Origin: Bacteroidales bacterium
GTDB lineage: Bacteria > Bacteroidota > Bacteroidia > Bacteroidales > WCHB1-69
Reading direction: 5' to 3'
Assembly (NCBI GenBank): GCA_045116675.1
Contig: JBGUMF010000063.1
Location: 1-59,764, forward strand
DNA length: 59,764 nucleotides
In this document: piece by piece, positions 27,161-37,720 of the stretch
How positions within the stretch are numbered: position 1 is the first letter of the stretch
Layout of the letters: every line of letters starts with the position of its first letter
Position numbers and translations under genes: made by a program
Notes under the pieces: model-generated
What the model was told of the DNA's origin: nothing
The model's input: only the letters and a program-made list of their open reading frames with translations
Database searches by the model: none

Positions 27161-29548
27161 ATGAAACGTTTCTTACTTGTTTTACTGGCCGTTATGTCCT
27201 TCGGATGGACATTTGCCCAAGAGTTTTCGGAATCTGTTCGGATTAACAAAGCGTTTCCGGATGATTTATTCTATGAGAATCTGGTTCGAAACTATCAGGA
27301 TTTTACTGCTATTCCTATGCCGGAAGTCCAGGTTCCCTATCAGCCGGTGGTGCGTACCGGTGCTCCATATCGTCCTGTGTCGGGGGCGAAACGGATTCTG
27401 GCACCCGGCGAGGCCCTGATCTTTGCTGTGGATGGCAATACGGTGACGGAGGAGACCGAGCATCTCGGAAACACCTTTTCTTCTGACATTGAAAATGCCA
27501 TCAGCCGGGTACCCGAATGGCTCCAGTATGATCTCCGTTTCAAATTCAAGGTGGTGACCAGCACCTCGGTGCGCAACAAGATGGTGACCGTTATTAACAA
27601 TGCTCCCAAGAAGTATCTGGACGAAGTGGCTTACGTGGTCACGTATCTGCCTGTGGAGGTGTTGAGTGGATCGCGCCTGCCCAGCGACTGGAGCTACCTG
27701 ATTGACAACGCCCGCTGGATCTACACCCACGCTGATTCTCTGCAATATGTGCAGATTGTGGAACATGGTGACACCACGACACAGGATTGGTACACCACGA
27801 CACAGTACCGCATCAAACAGGGGTCCAACTATATTTGGCGTGAAGTGGACCGCTATTACTACTATCAGTTCCTCGTGATGCCCAAACTGGAGCAGGAGGT
27901 GCTGGCCATCACGGACAACCTGACCTCTATCAGCAGTTCTCGTACGTGGGGCTATTTTTGGCGCGATTATCTGTGGAATGACTATTCCCATGCCGTCAAT
28001 ACGGCGGATACGGCCTACCGTGGCTATAAAAATGTGAACACATGGGGCTATGTGGCCATCAACTCATCCGGCGCCCGCGATACGGTCCGCATCGATACCA
28101 TTCCCAGATTGGGTGAGATCATGCAGATGCCGGCCTATCTTTGGGATGAGAATCCGACAATCTATTTTTTCAACAGACCCTTCTCTGCTACGCAGAGCGC
28201 GTTGAATGTGCTGGGCAACTGGGCATCCCGCTGTGTCCCGCAGGATGTGACCAGCAGCAGTGACTACCGTCCTTCCGAGCCGAACCATATTGCCTGGAAG
28301 CATGTGGGCAACTGCCATGAGGATGCCTTGCTGGTGGTGGCCGCCGCCCGTACTGCACTGATTCCCTGTATCCATGTGGCTGACTTGTGCGATGACCACG
28401 TGTGGGCCGCCATCCATGATGGCGGTGACTCGATATGGCATCATTTCGAGTTCTTCCGCGGGGGATGTTCTGCTGGCAGACCTTACTATTGGGGTATGAC
28501 GAATATGCAGGCCAACGGAAATTATGGCTGGAATAGCTCTCTGGTACAGGGCTATGTGCCTGATGGACATCTTCTTAACATGTCGGAAACATATTCGGAA
28601 AATACTCCGTGTACACTGAATCTGACGGTCACAGACCAGGATGGCTACCCTGTGGATGGAGCGCGGGTGAATCTCTATTCCACCAACACGCAATATGGTA
28701 CGGAATACAAGCTGTCGGCAGGCAATCTCTGGACGGATGCCCAGGGCAAAATCTCCGTCAAGCTGGGTACGGGTAAAAAGTACTATTTCAAGATCACTCA
28801 TTCCAAGTATGGCTCCTTCCCCGAGACATCTGGCCAGATTTATGTTTTGATTAGCTCGAATACCTCGGCCGGTCAGGTCTATAACAAGACGTTCACGATT
28901 CCGGCTCAGGCACAGTCGGCCCGTTATCAGATAACCTCCACGCAGGAGGCCTATGAGGCCCAAAACAGCCTTCAGATCACCTTGGATGCCCGTAATGTGA
29001 CCTCGGATTCCAATCCGGAAGATGCGCAGTCGTCCACCTTCTACGAGCGCACCGGTGCGTTGGCGGGCCTGCGCACGTATGTGGTGAGCGAGAGCGAGCT
29101 GGCTGCTTTCCGCAACGCCACCCGCACGGGTAACGTGGAGTTCGATTTCGGCTCCCTGTCCGACGGCACTTTCAATATCCCGACACACACGAGTGGCCGT
29201 ACCTATGTGGTGCTGGCCAATCTTAACAATTTCAAGAACTACATCGAGGTGTCGTACGACGCACAGGTGGTGGATGGTGCGGAATTCCCAAGCTCAGGGG
29301 TGACGCAGCATGACAATGCCAAGACCGAATGGCTGCAGGCCTATCCGAATCCTGTCGCCGATGTGCTGAACTTCACCGTGTCGGAGCAAATGCTTGGTTC
29401 GACTGTTCAGTTGGTGGATATGACAGGCCGCGTGGTGTTTGAAAGCAAGATCACCAATCTGGAAGGTTCCATCCCGATGAACCATCTGGATGCCGGTGTG
29501 TATCTGCTTCGTGCCGGTACCCAATGGACGAAGGTTTTGAAAAAATAA
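27161..29548 (+). CDS. T9SS-secreted protein with a transglutaminase-like core
   Basis: Signal peptide; GNCHE...ARTALIPC...DHVW...W.HFE; C-terminal YPNP...DMTGR...AGVYLL...KVLKK sorting domain. Confidence 0.8.
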   Translation: MKRFLLVLLAVMSFGWTFAQEFSESVRINKAFPDDLFYENLVRNYQDFTAIPMPEVQVPYQPVVRTGAPYRPVSGAKRILAPGEALIFAVDGNTVTEETEHLGNTFSSDIENAISRVPEWLQYDLRFKFKVVTSTSVRNKMVTVINNAPKKYLDEVAYVVTYLPVEVLSGSRLPSDWSYLIDNARWIYTHADSLQYVQIVEHGDTTTQDWYTTTQYRIKQGSNYIWREVDRYYYYQFLVMPKLEQEVLAITDNLTSISSSRTWGYFWRDYLWNDYSHAVNTADTAYRGYKNVNTWGYVAINSSGARDTVRIDTIPRLGEIMQMPAYLWDENPTIYFFNRPFSATQSALNVLGNWASRCVPQDVTSSSDYRPSEPNHIAWKHVGNCHEDALLVVAAARTALIPCIHVADLCDDHVWAAIHDGGDSIWHHFEFFRGGCSAGRPYYWGMTNMQANGNYGWNSSLVQGYVPDGHLLNMSETYSENTPCTLNLTVTDQDGYPVDGARVNLYSTNTQYGTEYKLSAGNLWTDAQGKISVKLGTGKKYYFKITHSKYGSFPETSGQIYVLISSNTSAGQVYNKTFTIPAQAQSARYQITSTQEAYEAQNSLQITLDARNVTSDSNPEDAQSSTFYERTGALAGLRTYVVSESELAAFRNATRTGNVEFDFGSLSDGTFNIPTHTSGRTYVVLANLNNFKNYIEVSYDAQVVDGAEFPSSGVTQHDNAKTEWLQAYPNPVADVLNFTVSEQMLGSTVQLVDMTGRVVFESKITNLEGSIPMNHLDAGVYLLRAGTQWTKVLKK

Positions 29549-29577
29549 TCTGTTATAAAAAAAAGAGTGTTGACACT

Positions 29578-30942
29578 ATGAATGTTCATTTTATAGCTAT
29601 CGGCGGTAGTGCTATGCACAATCTGGCCATCGCCCTGCATCTCAAGGGTGACCACGTGACAGGTTCCGATGACGAGATCTTTGAGCCTGCACGTGGACGG
29701 TTGGCCCGCTATGGCCTTCTGCCGGATTCCATCGGCTGGCATCCCGAACGGATAACCCCGGAGTTGGATGCCATTATCCTTGGAATGCATGCCCGTATCG
29801 ACAATCCCGAACTTGTTCGCGCAAAGGAACTCGGTCTCAAAATCTATTCTTATCCGGAATATCTTTATGAACATAGTAAAGATAAAACGCGCATCGTCAT
29901 CGGGGGAAGCCATGGCAAAACGACCATAACCTCCATGATTATCCATGTGTTGCAGCAAAACCATATCGAATGTGACTATATGGTTGGTGCGCAGCTGGAC
30001 GGCTTCGAGGTGATGGTCCGCCTGTCGGACACGGCCCGCGTGATGGTGATTGAGGGGGACGAATACCTGACCTCACCCATCGACCGCCGACCCAAGTTCC
30101 ATGTCTATCAGCCCACCATCGGTATTGTGAGCGGCATCGCTTGGGATCATGTGAACGTCTTCCCGACTTTTGACATCTATGTGGAGCAGTTTGAGATTTT
30201 CGCCAAGATGATACCGGCAGACGGCTGCTTTATCTATTGTGAGGATGACGAGGTGCTGAGGTCGCTGGCTGGAAAGATTACCCAAACGAAGAGACAGCCG
30301 TACGGCGTTCATCCGTATCACATCCGGAATGGTGTGACATATTTGGAAACGGCATACGGGGATATTCCGCTTCATATTTTTGGAAAACATAATCTCACCA
30401 ATCTGAATGCGGCCCGCTATGCGTGTGCCGGGATTGGGGTGGGGGATGAGGCCTTCTATAAGGCAATCTCCTCGTTTAAGGGAGCCTCCAAGCGACTTGA
30501 ACTGGTGGCTAAGAATGACCACTGTGCGGTGTATAAGGACTTTGCCCATTCGCCTTCCAAGTTGAAAGCCACGTTGGCCGCCGTGCGTGAGCAGTATCCG
30601 AACCGCAAGCTGGTGGCCTGCATGGAACTGCACACCTTCAGCAGCCTCACAGAGCAGTTCCTTACCCAGTACAGGGGAACGATGGATTTGGCCGATACAG
30701 CTATGGTCTATTTCTCCCCGGAGGCGGTGGCTCTGAAAAAATTGCCCCCGCTTTCTTCCGAAAATATCTATACCGCCTTCGGACGGGAAGATTTGCAGGT
30801 GTTTGACGATTCAGCGGCTATGATTGATAATTTATTGAAAATCAATGATAAAGAAACTGTTTTCCTGATGATGTCTTCAGGGGATTTTAACGGTGTGGAT
30901 TTGACCGCTTTAGGTGAAAAAATTATATCTTTGCGCGCTTAA
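29578..30942 (+). CDS. Mpl/MurC-like peptidoglycan-recycling ligase
   Basis: VHFIAIGGSAMHNLA, GSHGKTT, EGDEY, DFAHSPSK. Confidence 0.88.
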   Translation: MNVHFIAIGGSAMHNLAIALHLKGDHVTGSDDEIFEPARGRLARYGLLPDSIGWHPERITPELDAIILGMHARIDNPELVRAKELGLKIYSYPEYLYEHSKDKTRIVIGGSHGKTTITSMIIHVLQQNHIECDYMVGAQLDGFEVMVRLSDTARVMVIEGDEYLTSPIDRRPKFHVYQPTIGIVSGIAWDHVNVFPTFDIYVEQFEIFAKMIPADGCFIYCEDDEVLRSLAGKITQTKRQPYGVHPYHIRNGVTYLETAYGDIPLHIFGKHNLTNLNAARYACAGIGVGDEAFYKAISSFKGASKRLELVAKNDHCAVYKDFAHSPSKLKATLAAVREQYPNRKLVACMELHTFSSLTEQFLTQYRGTMDLADTAMVYFSPEAVALKKLPPLSSENIYTAFGREDLQVFDDSAAMIDNLLKINDKETVFLMMSSGDFNGVDLTALGEKIISLRA

Positions 30943-30971
30943 TTTTAAAACCCATTAAAAACCAATAAGAA

Positions 30972-32069
30972 ATGAAAAAGACTTGTTTAACCATGTTGTT
31001 GGCTGTGGCAGCAGTTCTGTGTTTCGCCCAGCCGCAAATTCAGTTCCAAGAGACCACACATGATTTTGGTAAAATCAAGGAAGAGGGTGGAAAGGTTACC
31101 GGACGTTTCATCTTTACCAATGTTGGTACGGAGGATCTTCTCCTGACGAATGTTCGTCCCGGTTGCGGATGCACCGCCGCCAATTACACCAAGGAACCTG
31201 TGGCTCCAGGCCAGCAGGGCTTTATCGATGCCACGTACAATCCCTATAATCGTCCCGGCGGATTCAACAAGAACATCCGTGTGACGACCAACGAGCCTCG
31301 CTTCACAGACGGCAGCAACAGTGCCCCGCACATGATTTTCATCAAGGGCGAGGTCATCAAACGCCCCCCGACAGAGTTTGAGCGTGCTGGTTATACCAAA
31401 GCCAATGGTATGGCCCGTTTTTTCGAGCCCAATGTCAAGCTTGACGTGTTGAACACCCAGAAAGTGAGGGATACGTTCCAGGTGCGCAATTTCTGGACAA
31501 AGCCGGTGAAGTTTGAAATGAATGCTCCCAAAGAGTATCTTACGGAGGTTTATCGTAGCTTCGGCACGGAACTCGCTCCCGGTCAGGAAGGTTTTATTAT
31601 TCTGGAATTTGATGCCGCCAAATGTGGCCAGTTCGGTCAGATTAAGGAGACGGTCACCTATATGACGAACGATTCCATTGAGTCTCGCAAGCTGCTGCAC
31701 TATGCTATCAATGTCAAGGAGGATTTCTCCAAATGGACGGCCAAGCAGCTGAAAAACGCTCCTGTGGCAGAATTGGGTGCTCTGGAGTATGATTTCGGTT
31801 CCGTGGCAAAGAATTCCCAGACACAAGGTGTTGTCACGCTGACCAACAAGGGTAAGACCCCGCTGAAGATCCGCGCTCTTTCATCAAGCACAGGTTATTA
31901 CCGTGCCAGTGCACAGTTGATGGAGATCCCTGCCGGTGCTTCCACGAACATTACGATTACCTTCAGGGCCAACACCCGTCCGGGTTTGCAGAAAGGCACT
32001 CTTGAGGTCATCACGAACGACCCGAACAACCCTGTTCAGGTGGTTAATTTGAATGCACAAATCCAATAG
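30972..32069 (+). CDS. DUF1573 Ig-like domain protein
   Basis: HDFG.IKEEGG, CGCT, repeated Ig-like domains, TNDP. Confidence 0.88.
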   Translation: MKKTCLTMLLAVAAVLCFAQPQIQFQETTHDFGKIKEEGGKVTGRFIFTNVGTEDLLLTNVRPGCGCTAANYTKEPVAPGQQGFIDATYNPYNRPGGFNKNIRVTTNEPRFTDGSNSAPHMIFIKGEVIKRPPTEFERAGYTKANGMARFFEPNVKLDVLNTQKVRDTFQVRNFWTKPVKFEMNAPKEYLTEVYRSFGTELAPGQEGFIILEFDAAKCGQFGQIKETVTYMTNDSIESRKLLHYAINVKEDFSKWTAKQLKNAPVAELGALEYDFGSVAKNSQTQGVVTLTNKGKTPLKIRALSSSTGYYRASAQLMEIPAGASTNITITFRANTRPGLQKGTLEVITNDPNNPVQVVNLNAQIQ

Positions 32070-32095
32070 TCAGCTGATTCAGGCTGGCGGGAATA

Positions 32096-33013
32096 CTACC
32101 AGATGAGCGTGTCCACGGCGGAGGCGAATCCACTCCAGTTGCCGAGGACACGCTCTCCTTTTATGTTAGAGGCGACCGGTGCCGGATTGGTGAAGGGATT
32201 GCTGCCCAGCACTGCCTCGCTGCCACCCGTGATCATAAACCGGTAGGTTCCGTAGTCCATCTGGCTGTGACGCACATATACCGTATCGCCCGGACGGAAG
32301 GTCATGCGCGAGTAGGCTTTGCGCTCCTCTTCCGACATGGCCGAAGCGAACAGCATAGAGACTCCGTAGCGCTCAATCTCATAGTTGAAGGTTAGACCGT
32401 TGAAGGTCTTGTCGTCGAAGGCCACCGGGATGCTGCTCACCCATAGACGATCCTGGAACGCCGGACAGTGCACTTTTACCGAAAAGGCATAGTAGTTGTT
32501 CTCCGCCGGATTGTCAGTCATTTGGATCCGGATCACCCGCATGGAGTCGGAGTTTACAAACTCGGAGGGGTTGTCAAAACGGATGGAATCCAGCGCGAAG
32601 GTGCTCGGGATAGTCGTTTCTGCCGTGTATTGCTCGCCTGCATAATTCACTGTCAAAGTGTAGGTTGTGTTCTCCTTGCCTTTCAGATTCATGCTCTTAA
32701 AGGCGAAGAACAGCGGTGCCTCGGGGCAGAACTGGAAGGTCAGGCGCTCGCTCTCCCCGTCGGAGGAGGTTACGATGACCTCCGCGTCCGTAATCATCAC
32801 ATTGTCGCGCAAATAGTCCAAATCAATTTCTGCCAGATAGGAGATGCTCTTGGACAGCATGACGATAGCAGGCTGCCCGTTCTCAATGGTCCCCTCAATC
32901 ACCAGCTTGGGCTCGTATTCGGGCATCTCCACGTCAATCTCGGTCTGGCATCCCGCCACAATTACTCCAAGAAACAAAAGGATGATTTTAATATGATTAT
33001 AAAAAACACGCAC
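32096..33013 (-). CDS. DUF4249 family lipoprotein (TonB-receptor partner)
   Basis: Lipobox VAGC; LVIEG.I; SNI.G..LG.W.G; downstream of the TonB receptor. Confidence 0.85.
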   Translation of the reverse strand: MRVFYNHIKIILLFLGVIVAGCQTEIDVEMPEYEPKLVIEGTIENGQPAIVMLSKSISYLAEIDLDYLRDNVMITDAEVIVTSSDGESERLTFQFCPEAPLFFAFKSMNLKGKENTTYTLTVNYAGEQYTAETTIPSTFALDSIRFDNPSEFVNSDSMRVIRIQMTDNPAENNYYAFSVKVHCPAFQDRLWVSSIPVAFDDKTFNGLTFNYEIERYGVSMLFASAMSEEERKAYSRMTFRPGDTVYVRHSQMDYGTYRFMITGGSEAVLGSNPFTNPAPVASNIKGERVLGNWSGFASAVDTLIW

Positions 33014-33040
33014 AATATTTAGATCTTAAAAAAAAACGTT

Positions 33041-33180
33041 CAAACTTTAAAACCTTAAAACCTTCCCGCTTTTACACTTTGATACTTTTGATACTTTTAA
33101 TACTTTCCCACTTTAACCCCACAAACATTATAAATATTATAAACTTTATAAACTTTACGAACTTTACGAACATAATAAAC
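33041..33180. repeat. Degenerate nonamer tandem repeats (ACTTTAAA/ACTTTTGAT/ACTTTACGA-like)
   Basis: Visible 9-bp periodicity; shares two 14-mers with the reverse complement of 58861-58900. Confidence 0.7.
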
Positions 33181-33194
33181 TGTATACTCCATTT

Positions 33195-35588
33195 TCAAAA
33201 CTTAAACCACCACATCACCGACGGGATAATCGGGAACAGGCTCATCTGGTAGGCCTTTGTGTCAATGTTGAAATCCAGATTGGTCGGGTCGATGTCGGTA
33301 TGGGTTTCAAAGAAGATGAAGAACGGGTTCTTTCTATTATAAACATTGTATATGGAGAAATTCAGTCCGGTTTCAAAACGCCGGGATTTTTTGATGGTCC
33401 AGTTGACGGCGAGGTCGAGGCGGTGGTACGGTGGCATCCGATAGGCATTGCGGCTGCTGTATTCGGTCATCAGCGAGCCCATGTAGAAATAGTAGCCGAT
33501 GGGGATGGTCATCGTGTTGCCGGTCTGATATACCCAGAGGGCCGACACGGTGAGCTTGTTGCGCAGGATCTCGTAGGCGAGGCTGATGGACACGTCGTGG
33601 CGGCGGTCGTATTTGGCCCAGAAGGGCTCACCGTTGTTCAGGTCGGCGAACTGCTTTCGCGTGAAGCCCAGCGTGTAGCCGATGAAGCCGGTGATCTTGC
33701 CGCGCGATTTCTTGATGAACACCTCGGCACCGCACGACCAGCCCTTGCCGAACACGTACAGCTGGTCGGGATTGATGGTCAATGCGCTGAAATCCAGCCC
33801 GTCACGATATTCCGCCAGATTGTACATCTGTTTATAATAGAGATCAATATAGGTTTCAAACATGTTCTGATGGAAATTGCGGAACACGCCTAACGAGAAC
33901 TGCAGGACGGTTTGCGGTTTCAGGATGTCGGTGGATGGCATCCATACATCGGTGGGCAGCGAGATGGAGGCAATGGATATCTGGTGCAGGAACTGGTAGT
34001 TCAGGGTAGCTGATGCTTTGATGGAGGTGGCGGAGTCGATGAGGAAGCGGAGCGAGAGACGGGGTTCCACTTTGTTGTAAGTCTTGATAAGCTCGCCGGG
34101 CCGGTAGGTGATGGAGTCGCGCACGTTGCCGATCTCGTCCAATTCGTAGCGGGTGAACGGGCCGATGTGGCAGAAGTTGGTGTAGCGCAGACCCATGTTG
34201 AGGAGCCAGCGGCGCGAGATGTCCCACTCGTCATGGGCGTACAGACTCAGCTCGTTGGCGAAGTAGGGCTGCACCTTCGGCAGCGAGAAGTCAAAACCCT
34301 CACCGGCCTGCACGGCGTATTGCCCGGGCAGACACTGGTGCAGCACGTCGTGAACGCCAAAGCGCAGGTTGTGCTTGGGTGTCGGCATCCAGGTGAGCTC
34401 GCTCTTCAGACTGTAGTCACGGATGCCGGAGGTGAGCTTGAACTCGAACACGTCCATGCCCATCTGCGTGCCGAAGTCGTAATAACTGAAAGTGCCGGAG
34501 GTGTTCAGGAATAATTTGTTGCTGATGATGTAGTTCCAGCGGGCGGAGGCTGTTGCGTTGCCCCAGCGGAAGGTGCATTGCGTCTGGCCCGAACTAGACT
34601 TGAATCCATATACGTCGTTGCCGTAGTAAGCCCCGAAATAGAGACGGTGCTTGTCGTTGATGATGACGTTGAATTTGGCGTTCAGGTCGTAGAAATAGAA
34701 GTCCATACCCTTGAGCGGCGACTCCTTCTTCAGGAAAGGCTGGATGAGGATGTCGGCGTAGGTGCGTCGTCCGGAGATGATGAAAGAGGCCTTGTTCTTC
34801 TTGATCGGCCCTTGCACGGTCAGGTGCGAGAAGATGAGGCCCACGCCGCCCTCCACGTTGTAGTTTTTCAAGTTGCCGTCTTTCTGATAGACATTGAGGA
34901 TGGAGGCTGCGCGCCCGCCGTAGTAGGCTGGCATTCCGGACTTTATCATGTCAAGGTTCTTGACGGCATCGGCGTTGAAAATGGAGAAGAAGCCGAACAG
35001 ATGGCCGGCGTTATAGACGGTGGCCTCGTCAAGGAGGATGAGATTCTGGTCGGTGCCGCTCCCGCGCACGTAGTAACCGCTGTTGCCCTCGCCGCCCGAC
35101 TGCACGCCCGGCAGCAGCTGGATGGATTTGATGACGTCGGCCTCGCCCATGAGGGCAGGCATCGCCTTGATGGCTTCGATTTTCATCTCCATGCGCCCCA
35201 CATCCGCACTGGCCACGTTCTGGTCGCTGCGCACACCCTGGATGACAACCTCCTCACCGGCAATGGCATTCGGCACCAGCTCGATGTTGAACGTTTTGTT
35301 CTGCTGGAGGTTGATGTCTGTCTGCAACGTCTGGTAGGAGAGAAAGCTGGCGGTGAGCCGGTAGTTGCCTTTGGGTACGCTGATGGAGTAGAAACCGGCC
35401 TGATTGGTTATGCAACCCAGTTTCTCCTGCGGGCGGGTGGTGTCGGTGAGGATGATGTAGGCGCCCATGAGGCTCTCTCCGTTGGCCTGATCGAGGACTG
35501 TTCCCGACAACGTGACGCGTTGGGCCGTCAGCCAGCAGGGGACCGTCAACAGCAGGAAAATCAGGAAACGGAGTAAACGTTTTGCCAT
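33195..35588 (-). CDS. TonB-dependent receptor with an N-terminal carboxypeptidase-regulatory-like domain
   Basis: GEADVIKSIQLLPGV, VRG...DQNLILLD, YHRLD, YNVYNRKN, terminal Phe. Confidence 0.93.
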   Translation of the reverse strand: MAKRLLRFLIFLLLTVPCWLTAQRVTLSGTVLDQANGESLMGAYIILTDTTRPQEKLGCITNQAGFYSISVPKGNYRLTASFLSYQTLQTDINLQQNKTFNIELVPNAIAGEEVVIQGVRSDQNVASADVGRMEMKIEAIKAMPALMGEADVIKSIQLLPGVQSGGEGNSGYYVRGSGTDQNLILLDEATVYNAGHLFGFFSIFNADAVKNLDMIKSGMPAYYGGRAASILNVYQKDGNLKNYNVEGGVGLIFSHLTVQGPIKKNKASFIISGRRTYADILIQPFLKKESPLKGMDFYFYDLNAKFNVIINDKHRLYFGAYYGNDVYGFKSSSGQTQCTFRWGNATASARWNYIISNKLFLNTSGTFSYYDFGTQMGMDVFEFKLTSGIRDYSLKSELTWMPTPKHNLRFGVHDVLHQCLPGQYAVQAGEGFDFSLPKVQPYFANELSLYAHDEWDISRRWLLNMGLRYTNFCHIGPFTRYELDEIGNVRDSITYRPGELIKTYNKVEPRLSLRFLIDSATSIKASATLNYQFLHQISIASISLPTDVWMPSTDILKPQTVLQFSLGVFRNFHQNMFETYIDLYYKQMYNLAEYRDGLDFSALTINPDQLYVFGKGWSCGAEVFIKKSRGKITGFIGYTLGFTRKQFADLNNGEPFWAKYDRRHDVSISLAYEILRNKLTVSALWVYQTGNTMTIPIGYYFYMGSLMTEYSSRNAYRMPPYHRLDLAVNWTIKKSRRFETGLNFSIYNVYNRKNPFFIFFETHTDIDPTNLDFNIDTKAYQMSLFPIIPSVMWWFKF

Positions 35589-35913
35589 AAGTGTGGGTAG
35601 TTGAAAACATTTTTAACGCGCGTTTGGTTGTTTTAGTATGCTTTTTTTGAGAATGTTTTTTATGTAATAAATCCACACATTGAAGGACAAGATTGAAAGT
35701 TCTCTGTTGGCCGTTTTTTTTGCGTGTGAAAATGAAAACGGTTTCCGAAATTTTACCGGTGAATATCCGGATTTGTTCGTTGAAAAATTCTTTTTGGCTG
35801 GAAAATATCCCTATTTTGTTGTTGAAAAAGTGATGTAATATGTTGAATAAAAGATAATTGCGTTATTTATGCATAAAACGATGGGAGGATTATTAAAAAT
35901 CTCTTTCGGATAA

Positions 35914-35944
35914 CTTGTTCATTATCAAAAAAAATGTATCTTTG
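35914..35944 (+). promoter_or_regulatory. rplS promoter (-33 CTTG, -7 TATCTTTG)
   Basis: 19-nt spacing between the boxes, matching the Bacteroidota sigma70 consensus. Confidence 0.7.
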
Positions 35945-35983
35945 CACCCGCAAAAAAGATAATAACAGAAAAGATATAGAGAG

Positions 35984-36337
35984 ATGAAACAAGAACTGAT
36001 TCAATACGTTGAGGATAATTTCATTCCCAAACAGGAATTCCCGAAATTCAAAGCAGGTGATACGGTTACCGTATCGTACAGAATTGTGGAAGGCTCCAAA
36101 GAGCGTATCCAGCAATTCCAGGGTGTTGTGCTGCAAATCAATGGCAATGGCGCCACCAAGACCTTCACGGTGAGAAAAATCTCCGGAGGTATCGGTGTTG
36201 AGAGAATATTCCCCTTCGCCACCCCGATGATTGCCGGTCTTACGGTGAACAAACGCGGTGTTGTGCGTCGCGCCCGTATTTTCTACCTTCGTAACCTCAC
36301 GGGTAAGAAGGCTCGTATCAAAGAACGCAGAGGTTAA
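35984..36337 (+). CDS. rplS: 50S ribosomal protein L19
   Basis: [32 protein letters not shown]. Confidence 0.98.
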   Translation: MKQELIQYVEDNFIPKQEFPKFKAGDTVTVSYRIVEGSKERIQQFQGVVLQINGNGATKTFTVRKISGGIGVERIFPFATPMIAGLTVNKRGVVRRARIFYLRNLTGKKARIKERRG

Positions 36338-36360
36338 TAATTATCAATATTAAGGTTTAT

Positions 36361-36390
36361 AAAACCTCTCTTTCGGGAGAGGTTTTTTTT
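36361..36390 (+). terminator. Intrinsic terminator of rplS, abutting the next gene's TATCTTTG box (36392-36399)
   Basis: AAAACCTCTC-T-TTCG-G-GAGAGGTTTTTTTT. Confidence 0.85.
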
Positions 36391-36420
36391 GTATCTTTGC
36401 AGTCGTAAATTTTATTTGCA

Positions 36421-37212
36421 GTGGCTCTGATAGAATCTTTTGAGAAAACCGGCAACACGCTGTTCAAGTACAGAGGGCAGATCCCCGTGCTGATATTCCT
36501 GCTGTCGCTTCCCATTCTTTTCCTGACCAATGAAACGCTTTACCAGGGCCTCTATGCCGGGAAATACACGCTTGTGCGTCTTATCTGGTCGGTTGTGGCC
36601 GTGCTCATCTCCTTGGCGGGTTTGGCCTTGCGTGCTTACACGGTGAGCACTACGCCCAAGGGCACGTCGGGGCGCAACCGTTCCGGACAGGTGGCCGACA
36701 GCCTTAACACCAAAGGTATCTACTCGGTGGTGCGCCATCCGCTCTACCTGGCCAACTACCTGATATGGGCCGGTGTGTTGGTCTTCTCCCTGAATATTTG
36801 GGCATTCCTCATCGTTTCGCTGGTTTATTGGCTTTACTACGAACGCATCATGTTTACGGAGGAGGCTTTCCTGCGTTCCCGCTTCGGTGCTGACTTTGAG
36901 GATTGGGCCTCCCGCGTGCCCGCCATCATCCCTAACTGGTCCCTGTTTGAGAAAGGCGACATGTCGTTCTCCTTCAAGACGTTCCTCCGCCGCGAATACG
37001 CCACCTTTTTCTCCACAGTCTTCTCGTTCGTGCTGGTGGACTATGCCCTGTTCGTGCTTTCGTTTGTGCAATTCTGCCCCTACCGCCTCACCTGTTCCGA
37101 ATGGGTGCGCCCCTCCCTCTATGTGCTGGCCGCGGCGTTACTGATAACCCTCGTCTTGCGAACCCTTAAACATCATTCATCCATACTGAAAAAAGATGTC
37201 GGAAGAGACTGA
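36421..37212 (+). CDS. Isoprenylcysteine carboxyl methyltransferase/PEMT family protein (LmtA-like lipid A phosphate methyltransferase)
   Basis: LFKYRG, TSGRN, LNTKGIYSVVRHPLY, EEAFL. Confidence 0.8.
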   Translation: MALIESFEKTGNTLFKYRGQIPVLIFLLSLPILFLTNETLYQGLYAGKYTLVRLIWSVVAVLISLAGLALRAYTVSTTPKGTSGRNRSGQVADSLNTKGIYSVVRHPLYLANYLIWAGVLVFSLNIWAFLIVSLVYWLYYERIMFTEEAFLRSRFGADFEDWASRVPAIIPNWSLFEKGDMSFSFKTFLRREYATFFSTVFSFVLVDYALFVLSFVQFCPYRLTCSEWVRPSLYVLAAALLITLVLRTLKHHSSILKKDVGRD

Positions 37213-37300
37213 TTTTTAGAGACTAAGAAACATTAAAAACATTTTAAAAACTTTTCCTCGTTGAAATTTTAAATCTTTAACCTTTATAACTTTTACCGAA

Positions 37301-37711
37301 ATGAACATCACACACATTGAACACATCGCCATCGCGGTGAAGAGCTTGGAAACATCGATTCCGTATTATGAGAACATCCTCGGACTCAAATGCTACAACA
37401 TCGAGGAAGTGGCCGACCAGAAAGTGAAGACGGCTTTTTTCAAGGTGGGGCAGACCAAGATTGAACTTTTGGAGCCCACTTGTGAGGAGAGCACAATTGC
37501 CAAGTTCTTGGAGAACAAGGGCGAGGGCTTGCATCACGTGGCTTTTGCCGTTCCCGACACGGGTGCCGCTTTGAACGAGCTGGCCGAGAAGGAAGTGCGC
37601 CTCATCGACAAGGCTCCGCGCGGTGGTGCGGAAGGTCTGCTGATCGGCTTCGCGCACCCGAAGGCCACGGGTGGCGTGCTGACTGAGTTCTGCTGTCCGA
37701 AACCCGAATAG
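37301..37711 (+). CDS. mce: Methylmalonyl-CoA epimerase
   Basis: IEHIAIAV, KIELLEP, GEGLHHVAF, GAEG..IGF.HPK.TGGVL.E. Confidence 0.95.
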   Translation: MNITHIEHIAIAVKSLETSIPYYENILGLKCYNIEEVADQKVKTAFFKVGQTKIELLEPTCEESTIAKFLENKGEGLHHVAFAVPDTGAALNELAEKEVRLIDKAPRGGAEGLLIGFAHPKATGGVLTEFCCPKPE

Positions 37712-37720
37712 TTTTTCCGT

